A DNA stretch of 64,000 bases from a phage. The stretch lies in the sequence record PX068454.1; one strand, 5' to 3'. The notes beneath the pieces are model-generated. The model was not told the origin of the DNA. It made no database searches and saw only the letters and a program-made list of their open reading frames with translations. A program made the translations under genes and the position numbers. Each line of letters opens with the position of its first letter. The stretch's first letter is position 1. Shown piece after piece: positions 57,108 to 64,000 of the stretch.

Positions 57108-58655
57108 TTAGATAAAACGCTTGAACATAGAAGGTGATGAGATTGATGGAATCACACAAGGCAGCGCTACCTCCTCTTTCTCCAGGAAATTAATCGCAGA
57201 AGCTACACAGTCGGCCCAGTCGTCTTTTCTGTTAAATGTTGATCTTTCCCCGTTGAACTTTTCAAGTTCAGTTAGAAATGCTTCCAGAGTGTCAGGATGG
57301 AAACTGGATTTTACAATCCTCACCATTCCTTGTTGGGCAAGATTGGCAAAGGGTGAGAACCTTGTCAGTTTAGATTTGTTGGAAGGCATTGGATCTTCTT
57401 CAACCCTGAACCCTTCGGCGAGCAAGGATCTGGACGAGGTTAAGAACTCGCTCTTACCTGCCTGACCGGGGTCCACAGAAAATACGATTATGCAATCATC
57501 TCCATCAAACTGCGCCTGTTTCCTGATGATCACATCTCGTTCCCCAGCCTTTTTACAGAACTTTCCTTCCAGACCTGTGGAATACCTACCGTCATCCACG
57601 TTCTCAGGACAATAATCCCCGGACAGGTAATAAAAGCCGTCGCTATCTTTACTTACCTTAACACTGGCGGTAAAGTCAGGAAATTTATTACCGGAAGTTC
57701 TCTCGGTTCCTGCTTTATCCCATGCCCTGCAAGATACTGATCCAAGAGGTACTCTATCGGCATCACGAAGGAAAGATCTTTGGAAATAGTTTGCACCTTC
57801 AGGTTTGGCAAACCAGTTGCCATGAAGAAGCTGGGCTTTTTCAAGCTCGGGTAGACCTTCAAGGAAAGCAAGGTATTCTGGGTTATCCCTCAAGCATACA
57901 GGATTATCGAAAATTGTTGCGCCTATAAACGAGAATGACAACGGTCTTGGCTTGATTTCCACACCCAGTCCATTGACCGTGGTGTATTTCTCTATCAACT
58001 CTTCTTTAGAGTCTCCCCAGATAAATTCACCGTCGCGTCGGATAAAATATCTTTTCTTACCACATTTCTCCGGATCTGGATACCCTTCATCGTCCAACCA
58101 CCACCTAACCAGTTTGGCAAGCATGTGTTCTGAGTCGGGGTTACAGCTGATAACCATTCTTGACGGATATTTTGACTGAGATCGCAGACGCGACATCAAA
58201 TAGTCTATCTGCTCCCATTCGAACTGTGTTCCCTCATCGAAGCAAACCATGGTATACTCAAGCCCTTGATGGTTGAGCTTATCTTGGACATATTCCATGT
58301 GACAGTATTTTACAACAGCGCCTTTTTTGCTCCTGTCCCACTTACCGGTGCTCGGATCAAACCGTGGAAAAATAAATTTATGATCCTTCTCTCTGAATTT
58401 TGGTTTGATGTTCTCAGGGAGATCGCTGTAGATAGCCACTGCTTTAGGCCATAGGCCTCCTTCACCCTCCAGCTGCGGGGTTGTTCTTCGGAACATAACC
58501 ACAGAGCTGTGCGGGTCATCAATAATTTTAAGCGGCATCAGCTGCAGGAGGAACGACTTACCTGATCCCGCTGCACCACCAATGACAAGAATGTCTGCAT
58601 CGTTTTCAAGGATCATCTTCTGCTTTTCAGAACACGGTCCGTAAATCTTAGACAT
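57108..58655 (-). CDS. terminase large subunit
   Basis: Walker A GGAAGSGKS, Walker B MVCFDE, C-terminal nuclease-like IVFSVDPG; 515 aa. Confidence 0.85.
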   Translation of the reverse strand: MSKIYGPCSEKQKMILENDADILVIGGAAGSGKSFLLQLMPLKIIDDPHSSVVMFRRTTPQLEGEGGLWPKAVAIYSDLPENIKPKFREKDHKFIFPRFDPSTGKWDRSKKGAVVKYCHMEYVQDKLNHQGLEYTMVCFDEGTQFEWEQIDYLMSRLRSQSKYPSRMVISCNPDSEHMLAKLVRWWLDDEGYPDPEKCGKKRYFIRRDGEFIWGDSKEELIEKYTTVNGLGVEIKPRPLSFSFIGATIFDNPVCLRDNPEYLAFLEGLPELEKAQLLHGNWFAKPEGANYFQRSFLRDADRVPLGSVSCRAWDKAGTERTSGNKFPDFTASVKVSKDSDGFYYLSGDYCPENVDDGRYSTGLEGKFCKKAGERDVIIRKQAQFDGDDCIIVFSVDPGQAGKSEFLTSSRSLLAEGFRVEEDPMPSNKSKLTRFSPFANLAQQGMVRIVKSSFHPDTLEAFLTELEKFNGERSTFNRKDDWADCVASAINFLEKEEVALPCVIPSISSPSMFKRFI

Positions 58656-58942
58656 TAACCTCTCTCCTTTGGAAACAGTGTTCTAATATAGTCTTGCAAA
58701 ATGATCAATTTAGCCCTATCATTACTGCAAGACAGGTTATTATCCCTCATAATGCCAGAATTCACCGCATCAGGCGCACCTTTCTTTAAAGGTATAGCTT
58801 TAGCAGGAGGCTTCATAGCACCTTCGGGCGGTTTAACAATCAATCTTCCCACATCCGGAGGATCAATCTTATATTCTTTTTCGACACTTGTCGCACATCC
58901 GCACAGCAGCAAGCAAGTAACTAACAATACGGCGGCTCTCAT
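58655..58942 (-). CDS. o-spanin (outer-membrane lipoprotein, Rz1-like)
   Basis: Lipobox-like LLLCGC, proline-rich mature region, C-terminus KERG like lambda Rz1 SERG; TAATG overlap with terminase start. Confidence 0.7.
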   Translation of the reverse strand: MRAAVLLVTCLLLCGCATSVEKEYKIDPPDVGRLIVKPPEGAMKPPAKAIPLKKGAPDAVNSGIMRDNNLSCSNDRAKLIILQDYIRTLFPKERG

Positions 58943-59337
58943 CTACCCTCCTGATTAATGCTCTCGTTATAAATATCTATAAGCTGGTCAGGTAGTGTTG
59001 ACTTCTTACCCTCAGGCGACTGAAGGTAGATAATCTGCTTTTCTTTACCTGCCATCTTAGCTGCCTCCAGCTTATCCTGTAAGTCAGAAAGGGATTTTTC
59101 AAGGTTTTTCACCTCCTCGGCATGTCCCATTTTAATCCTGTCGGCTCGCTTTTGTTGCTGGTCAAGGATCTGCTCCCACTTCAACTCTGTTGCTGTTACA
59201 CCTTCCTGATAAGCAGCGTTAAGCTTAGAGTTAAACCAATACACGGCCCCCAGGTATGCTGTGCCTAGAGCAGCTGCAAAAACTAAACCTTTTATGATCC
59301 CTCTATACCTACTCAGCCATGTTAAAAATGAAATCAT
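58939..59337 (-). CDS. i-spanin (inner-membrane, Rz-like)
   Basis: N-terminal TM helix GLVFAAALGTAYLGAVYWF then coiled coil; ATGA overlap with o-spanin. Confidence 0.65.
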   Translation of the reverse strand: MISFLTWLSRYRGIIKGLVFAAALGTAYLGAVYWFNSKLNAAYQEGVTATELKWEQILDQQQKRADRIKMGHAEEVKNLEKSLSDLQDKLEAAKMAGKEKQIIYLQSPEGKKSTLPDQLIDIYNESINQEGR

Positions 59338-59350
59338 TTTAAGGCTCCAG

Positions 59351-59390
59351 AAACGAAAAAACCCCGCAGCTATACAGCTAACGGGGCGGG
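59351..59390 (-). terminator. rho-independent terminator
   Basis: CCCCG...CGGGG hairpin with inner AGCT palindrome, then TTTTTTCGTTT on minus strand. Confidence 0.65.
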
Positions 59391-59442
59391 TTAAAATTGA
59401 GTAACCTAAATAGATCGAAACTAACTAAAAGGAGACTAATAC

Positions 59443-59712
59443 TTATCGCGGCACTCGGTGGATGATTCTAACAGTAACTGCATTTTCATTCATCAAGTAT
59501 GCATCTACATCTCTGTAAATATAAAACTTCTGCTCACTATCGACAACACAAGCTACCGCCCCTTCAGAGTTGTCTTCAAAAAAGACCACCACTGCATCGC
59601 AGCTGAGTTCATGATATGACTCTCGAAGATTTACAGCCAGAGGATTGAAATCGTCACGAAAATCTACAGTATGGGTTGGATTTACACGCTCTACAATTTT
59701 AAGTGTATACAT
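59443..59712 (-). CDS. hypothetical protein co-transcribed with tRNA cluster
   Basis: 89-aa ORF, SD AAGGAA. Confidence 0.5.
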   Translation of the reverse strand: MYTLKIVERVNPTHTVDFRDDFNPLAVNLRESYHELSCDAVVVFFEDNSEGAVACVVDSEQKFYIYRDVDAYLMNENAVTVRIIHRVPR

Positions 59713-59758
59713 TTTAAAGGTTCCTTTTGTGTGTATATGTTTAAAGTATAACTAAAGG

Positions 59759-59835
59759 TGGTCTCCACGGAGTGATTCGAACACTCGACCTCCTGATCCC
59801 AAATCAGGCGCTCTACCAAGCTGAGCTACGCGGAG
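59759..59835 (-). tRNA. tRNA-Pro (anticodon UGG)
   Basis: Manual cloverleaf: 7-bp acceptor with one G-U, T-arm GAGTG/TTCGAAT/CACTC, anticodon loop UUUGGGA, encoded CCA. Confidence 0.7.
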
Positions 59836-59846
59836 TATTTATAATT

Positions 59847-59921
59847 TGGTGGCCCTGGGTGGAATTGAACCACCGTCTGGCGATTATGAGTCGCTTGCTT
59901 GAACCTTCCAGCTACAGGGCC
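59847..59921 (-). tRNA. tRNA-Met or tRNA-Ile2 (anticodon CAU)
   Basis: T-arm GGTGG/TTCAATT/CCACC, anticodon loop CUCAUAA, encoded CCA. Confidence 0.65.
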
Positions 59922-59922
59922 A

Positions 59923-59998
59923 TGGTGCTGATGGCAGGACTTGAACCTGCAACCTATTGATTACAAATCAATTGCACTGCCAATTGTGCTACATCAGC
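59923..59998 (-). tRNA. tRNA-Thr (anticodon UGU)
   Basis: T-arm GCAGG/TTCAAGT/CCTGC, anticodon stem ATTGA/TCAAT, loop UUUGUAA, encoded CCA. Confidence 0.7.
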
Positions 59999-60002
59999 AA
60001 AA

Positions 60003-60102
60003 AGGTGCTAGGTGGTGGAATCGAACCACCTATGTATTCAACGACTACCTCGTCTATTTTCAGGATTAAAAATCCTCGCCCTTGCCAAAGGGCTTACCTA
60101 GC
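60003..60102 (-). tRNA. atypical tRNA-like gene (about 100 nt; UUU in anticodon-loop position; about 31-nt variable region; no encoded CCA)
   Basis: Perfect 7-bp acceptor GCTAGGT/ACCTAGC, D-arm GCCC/GGGC, T-arm GGTGG/TTCGATT/CCACC, only 4-bp anticodon stem, extra hairpin GACGA-GGTAG-TCGTT. Confidence 0.4.
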
Positions 60103-60200
60103 GCAATATGTTGACCATGTGGCTAGTCGGCGATGACGACTGTAACATTTGGTAATCCGGTTCTGCTTCCGGCTTTCGCTTAATTACATAGTCAACAATA

Positions 60201-60291
60201 TGGAGGAGGGTAATGGAATCGAACCATCATCGAGTCATCCTCAACGGGACGGTTTTCAAGACCGCTTGAGCACCATTGCTCCCTACCCTCC
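60201..60291 (-). tRNA. tRNA-Ser (anticodon UGA), class II
   Basis: Anticodon arm GCGGT/CUUGAAA/ACCGT, long variable arm, T-loop TTCGATT, encoded CCA; 91 nt. Confidence 0.75.
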
Positions 60292-60405
60292 TTTATAAAC
60301 AATACTGATAATGACACTGATTTTCGAGCAGTTAGTGACTAGTATAAACGACGATAAATATCAATGCCATTATCTGTATGATTTATGCATTTAAAAATAT
60401 AAATT

Positions 60406-60492
60406 TGGTGGGGAGTGGTGGAGTCGAACCACCCGAGTCGCAATGACAATAGATTTACAGTCTACACCGCTACCTCTACGGGATAACTCCCC
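60406..60492 (-). tRNA. tRNA-Tyr (anticodon GUA), class II
   Basis: Anticodon arm GTAGA/CUGUAAA/TCTAT, long variable arm, T-arm GGTGG/TTCGACT/CCACC, encoded CCA; 87 nt. Confidence 0.75.
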
Positions 60493-60496
60493 AATT

Positions 60497-60571
60497 TGGC
60501 ACCCCGTACTGGACTCGAACCAGTGTCAACGGCTTAGAAGGCCGCTGCTTTATCCACTAAGCTAACAGGGC
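60497..60571 (-). tRNA. tRNA-Arg (anticodon UCU)
   Basis: T-arm ACTGG/TTCGAGT/CCAGT, anticodon loop CUUCUAA, acceptor with two G-U pairs, encoded CCA. Confidence 0.65.
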
Positions 60572-60629
60572 ACTGGGTGGCTTTCTTTTACACCTGAGCC
60601 GCCAGAAAAGGTGGGAGACCATGTTTACA

Positions 60630-60658
60630 ATATTACATTGTTAAGCAAAGTTTGTCAA
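60630..60658 (-). promoter_or_regulatory. sigma70-like promoter for tRNA cluster: TTGACA - 17 nt - TAATAT
   Basis: Read on minus strand about 50 nt upstream of tRNA-Arg 5' end. Confidence 0.6.
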
Positions 60659-60667
60659 GAAAATATT

Positions 60668-61006
60668 TTAACTATTGCCAACAGGCTGTATCTCTGTGGT
60701 AAATGGCATAAAAGGTGCTGGTTTTTCAGCCTCTTCTACTACCACCTCTTCCTCTTCACCAAACATCTCATCATATTCTTCCTGCATTCGGTCTGCCTTA
60801 TCAAGGACATACTCTGCAATGCTTTGACGAATATTTTGCTTGGTTTTCGGATCCAACATCAGCTCTCTTAAAACTTTGTGAGCTTCTGGAACCATCGCTA
60901 TAAAAGATTCCTTCATATCAAGAATGTTCTTCTCTAGCTGAATGGCGTTGGACTCCTCTTTCAGAGGTCTGCCTCTACGGCGACGCTTTTTAGTTGTATC
61001 CGCCAT
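60668..61006 (-). CDS. small DNA-binding-like protein (Arg/Lys-rich N-terminus, acidic C-terminus)
   Basis: Start set at ATG 61006 (SD GGAGGA), not track start 61063; N-terminal KKRRRRGRP. Confidence 0.55.
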   Translation of the reverse strand: MADTTKKRRRRGRPLKEESNAIQLEKNILDMKESFIAMVPEAHKVLRELMLDPKTKQNIRQSIAEYVLDKADRMQEEYDEMFGEEEEVVVEEAEKPAPFMPFTTEIQPVGNS

Positions 61007-61021
61007 GTTTCCTCCATTATC

Positions 61022-61063
61022 ACGTGATAGGTGGATTTTATCACGGCAAATACTGATTGTCAA
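61022..61063 (-). promoter_or_regulatory. sigma70-like promoter TTGACA - 17 nt - TAAAAT with overlapping inverted repeat (operator-like)
   Basis: -35 at 61058-61063, -10 at 61035-61040 (minus strand); palindrome CGTGATA...TATCACG (61022-61046) overlaps -10 and start site. Confidence 0.55.
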
Positions 61064-61090
61064 GTTCGCCGCAGGGTGGTATTCCCTGCG

Positions 61091-61351
61091 ACTTGCCTAG
61101 CGTCCTAGACCAACAAGACCCAACAAGTGGGTTACCAGATACCCATTACCGCGCTCTGGCTCGACCTTATTACAGGTTGGCTGGGGTCACATCGTCATGT
61201 GCTGGCTGCCCCTACCATTTTAAGTGTGGTGCACTATCAAGCCCTCTAAGGGGAACTCAGACTTCTCCGAACCCTGTTTCAAAGCATCCGGAGATAAAGC
61301 CATCAAACTCATCTTTAAATTGGATATTCATCATGATACACGAAAACAACC
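61091..61351. other. GC-rich structured intergenic element A (candidate small RNA)
   Basis: About 260 bp with no ORF of 60 aa or more, locally GC-rich in an AT-rich genome, several stem-forming segments; adjacent 7-bp-stem hairpin at 61070-61090. Confidence 0.25.
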
Positions 61352-61594
61352 TCATTGTAAAGCACAAATAAATAAAACATACTTAATTTGTTTGTTATCG
61401 GGCTCAGGGTAGAAGTAGAAGATCTTGCTATCACCAATCTGAACACCACCATCCCAACAACATAAACCATAACCCGTATTCATACAAGCTAAGTCGTTGG
61501 CAAAATCTATTGCATCATCTAGTGCACGAAATTCACCTTCATCTTCTAAATAATCCTCATTCATGGAACGGAAAACGAGCTTAACCTTAAACAT
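61352..61594 (-). CDS. hypothetical protein
   Basis: 80-aa ORF. Confidence 0.45.
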   Translation of the reverse strand: MFKVKLVFRSMNEDYLEDEGEFRALDDAIDFANDLACMNTGYGLCCWDGGVQIGDSKIFYFYPEPDNKQIKYVLFICALQ

Positions 61595-61670
61595 AGCATT
61601 ACCTGTAGACCTCGTAAGTTAAAATTGTATCACATCATATTGCAGATCTTATCAGGTAACATTATTTTTG

Positions 61671-61859
61671 TCAACAGATTCCGGCCTTATCCCTCCTGTC
61701 TGCGTATTCTTTAATCGCAACCTCACCTGCATTGGTAACCAGATCTTCAAAGTAATTCTCAAGCTCCTCGTCAATGTCCGGTGACCAGCTCTTTTTCCTG
61801 TCAGTGTGAATTGCAGACTTGTTGAACTTATTACAGTTCTTTGCTACCGGATTGTTCAT
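61671..61859 (-). CDS. hypothetical protein
   Basis: 62-aa ORF. Confidence 0.4.
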   Translation of the reverse strand: MNNPVAKNCNKFNKSAIHTDRKKSWSPDIDEELENYFEDLVTNAGEVAIKEYADRRDKAGIC

Positions 61860-61869
61860 TAAGCTCTCC

Positions 61870-62448
61870 TCAACGTTCGTAGTAAATCTTATTCAACATT
61901 ACCTCATCGTTTGCAGAAAGGATATCAAGATATGCATCACCAAATCTGCCTGCAACAACCTCTGCATGATACATCACTTCGTTAACATCGTCAAGAGTGA
62001 TAACCGGATGACCATATCTTTCTGAATATTGCCTCAGGGTGCGATGTAACGAGTCGTCATCATATGCAGACTTTTTAATATCACAAACACGACGAATGGC
62101 CTTGATGTCGAAAAAACCTGTGCGATACCACCCAAGAAAAAAGTTCCGTGTAGTGTCAACATCTACATCAATACCATTAAGAACCTTATCTACAAGATAG
62201 CTGTCATCCTTTGGACTAGCGTCCTTAGTGCGAATGTAGTTGCCATCTTTTCCAGGTGATAGCTCCTTCTCATCACCAACCTGCATGCCATCATTTGGCG
62301 GTGTTAGCCACTTATCCGGATGCTTACGATCACTAGCGTTAGAATGATTACGCTGGAAACCTGGCTTCCACTTGAAAGTTTTCTCCATCTGTTCTTCATT
62401 CTGATAACGTTTTGCAATCTTTTCACTGGCATCTTTGCGTGAACTCAT
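61870..62448 (-). CDS. hypothetical protein
   Basis: 192-aa ORF with strong SD AGAGGAGG. Confidence 0.6.
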   Translation of the reverse strand: MSSRKDASEKIAKRYQNEEQMEKTFKWKPGFQRNHSNASDRKHPDKWLTPPNDGMQVGDEKELSPGKDGNYIRTKDASPKDDSYLVDKVLNGIDVDVDTTRNFFLGWYRTGFFDIKAIRRVCDIKKSAYDDDSLHRTLRQYSERYGHPVITLDDVNEVMYHAEVVAGRFGDAYLDILSANDEVMLNKIYYER

Positions 62449-62559
62449 AGCAGCCTCCTCTTCAAGTTATAGAAAAACTCACTGTATCGCTTTGTAACGA
62501 GCTTTTCTATCAAACTGGTGCGATTGCCTTACTTGGTATAGTTTATATAGCTGTGGAGC

Positions 62560-62815
62560 GATTTAGGGGCCTTCTTGTCAGTTTCCACACATAAACTTTA
62601 TCCGAACTCGCGCGGGAGGCTCTCAACCGACTCCTTCCGGCGCTGGCAAGCTTTCGTCGGTGGTCCACATTAGTGCTCGGCCTTTGGCCTGCGCTATCGC
62701 TTCGCTCCCACACATGTTAACAGGCCTGCATGTATGCACTTCTGTCATTGTGTGCACTACGGAGGCCCGGCATCTCGCCCCTCGTAGGCGAGTGCCAATG
62801 AAGGGCCGACACTAC
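62560..62815. other. GC-rich structured intergenic element B (candidate structured RNA or cis-element)
   Basis: No ORF; nested hairpins e.g. GGCCC-GCA-CTCGCC(CCTCGTA)GGCGAG-TGC-GGGCC at about 62752-62800, and GTGCAC...GTGCAC palindrome. Confidence 0.3.
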
Positions 62816-62839
62816 CAATAATAAGTAATAAATTTAAAA

Positions 62840-62915
62840 CATGGTACTTAGGATCTAGTATATTCTACATAAGTTAAGTATATGTACTTTAGTACCATAA
62901 GTACTAGATCTTTTA
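62840..62915. repeat. AT-rich block with inverted repeats (GATCTAGTA / TACTAGATC; GGTAC / GTACC)
   Basis: Direct reading; extreme AT content next to palindrome array. Confidence 0.45.
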
Positions 62916-62952
62916 TTTTTTATTATTTAGTTATTTTAGTTATATTCTTTAT

Positions 62953-63035
62953 GTGTCCGTATCACGGACAGTTAGTGTCCGTATTACGGACAGATGTGTC
63001 CGCGTGACGGACAGTAGTGTCCGTATCACGGACAG
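62953..63035. repeat. array of four 17-bp palindromic sites TGTCCGT-nnn-ACGGACA at 21-22 bp phasing (iteron/operator-like)
   Basis: Sites at 62954-62970, 62976-62992, 62997-63013, 63018-63034; first and fourth identical, others differ only in the central 3 nt or by one half-site position. Confidence 0.7.
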
Positions 63036-63109
63036 TTACTAACCTCTGTTCCATAGTGAACATAAAACATACAAATCCTTATAGTACAGATGTTTAAGTT
63101 TTTACTGGT

Positions 63110-63460
63110 CTAACCAGTTGTTGACATTCGAATAACTTCTTCTGGTGGCAAAACTTTGGAAAATGTGCATCTTTTACCTCTCCCTTGTGTGGATATTTCA
63201 ACCACTCCTGCACATTCTAAAGTTTTAACGCACGCTGCTGCTTTTGTTTTCTTTATCCCAACATCTGCTGCAATTTTCCTTGTGCTGGGTGTGAAGCGTG
63301 AATTTTCTCCAAGCTTATACCAGTTGTGCAGGTAGCAGTATACGATCTTGTCATATAAGTCAAGAACAACAACCTCCCCAGTTGTGTCATTCAAAACTTT
63401 TGACATAGACAGTATTTCAAGGGGGACTTTAAGATATAGCAGCTTATCCCCATCTTTCAT
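63110..63460 (-). CDS. winged-helix / HTH DNA-binding protein
   Basis: 116 aa; HTH-like TRKIAADVGIKKTKAAACVKTLECAGVVEI; SD AGGAG; adjacent to palindrome array. Confidence 0.6.
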   Translation of the reverse strand: MKDGDKLLYLKVPLEILSMSKVLNDTTGEVVVLDLYDKIVYCYLHNWYKLGENSRFTPSTRKIAADVGIKKTKAAACVKTLECAGVVEISTQGRGKRCTFSKVLPPEEVIRMSTTG

Positions 63461-63507
63461 ATCTCCTGATTCTCCTTGTGTGGCAATTTTCTTTAAAATA
63501 GCAGGGA

Positions 63508-64000
63508 TTACTCCCCGCTGTCAATAGCAAGACTCATTGCAATACGGTATGCCTCTTCTAATGGTAAGAGTCTCCCCCACACATCCCAACCGACATCAAA
63601 CTGCCTGCCAAACAACTGCTGTGTGGTTCCGTGAGCATGACCGAACAGTTGGACTGATCCGTGAGGCTTTCTGTTCCACTTTGCAAACTGGTAATGGCTC
63701 ATACAGATCAAATTCTTGTTGTGGCGAAGCTCGTAATAATCTACAACCTCATGACCGAACTCTTTCATAATTCTGACAGTCGTCCTTGTGTCATGGTTAC
63801 CACGAACAAGAATAATATGTCCGTTCAACATATTTAGAACATCTGGAAGCAATTTGTTGATATTCTTATCATTAGTGCACGCAATATCCCCCAAGTGAAA
63901 CACAGTGTCTGCAGGTGACACAACAGAGTTCCACTTGGTGATGATTCCCGCATTCATACTGTCAAGATTGTGATCATACTGAGATCTGTGTTTTTGACAT
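63508..64000 (-). CDS. metallophosphoesterase (calcineurin-like), 5' end beyond window
   Basis: FHLGDIA and VRGNHD motifs; reading frame stays open upstream of the track start 63957 to the window edge. Confidence 0.6.
   Translation of the reverse strand, partial: CQKHRSQYDHNLDSMNAGIITKWNSVVSPADTVFHLGDIACTNDKNINKLLPDVLNMLNGHIILVRGNHDTRTTVRIMKEFGHEVVDYYELRHNKNLICMSHYQFAKWNRKPHGSVQLFGHAHGTTQQLFGRQFDVGWDVWGRLLPLEEAYRIAMSLAIDSGE

Noticed and set aside
52519-59400. Search for T4-type late promoter motif (TATAAATA) upstream of capsid, decoration and spanin genes
   Set aside because: No convincing match at the expected positions, so no late-promoter features were called.
60103-60200. Spacer between the atypical tRNA-like gene and tRNA-Ser considered as another tRNA
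   Set aside because: No T-loop (TTCRA) or acceptor/anticodon architecture could be built; only isolated hairpins.
62953-63035. Four direct repeats considered as a possible CRISPR array
   Set aside because: Units are 17-bp perfect palindromes separated by only 4-5 bp, with no unique spacers of CRISPR length and no cas genes; the pattern fits protein-binding sites.
1-64000. Prophage or mobile-element interpretation (integrase, transposase, att sites)
   Set aside because: No recombinase-like ORF, no flanking host genes and no terminal direct repeats were seen; the content is uniformly phage-like.

Overview
This window reads as a contiguous piece of a large virulent tailed-phage genome; I found no integrase, transposase or host housekeeping genes. 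About 70 protein-coding genes are supported, mostly on the minus strand. From left to right: (1) an early region with a truncated rIIA-like GHKL ATPase at the window edge (missing from the ORF track), a signal-peptide SleB-type cell-wall hydrolase, a MoxR/AAA_5 ATPase, back-to-back divergent sigma70-like promoters at 5446-5517, then a plus-strand operon holding a VWA plus HExxH metallopeptidase-like protein, a HAD phosphatase and many small genes; (2) a minus-strand structural/late module from 59337 down to 12598: spanin pair, large terminase, portal, scaffold-like, capsid, putative sheath/tube, tape measure, baseplate, and an unusually rich receptor-binding set (giant 1878-aa protein, J-like protein, S74-chaperone fibre, two paralogous fibre genes); (3) a seven-gene minus-strand tRNA cluster (Pro, Met/Ile-CAU, Thr, one atypical 100-nt tRNA-like gene, Ser, Tyr, Arg) with its own promoter; (4) a right-hand region with a candidate replication-origin or operator locus (four phased palindromic sites, AT-rich inverted repeats, adjacent wHTH gene) and two GC-rich structured intergenic elements. 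The most novel candidates are the phage-borne MoxR plus VWA/metallopeptidase pair, the iteron-like palindrome array, the atypical tRNA-like gene and the GC-rich elements. All calls come from reading the sequence and motif recall; no searches were run.
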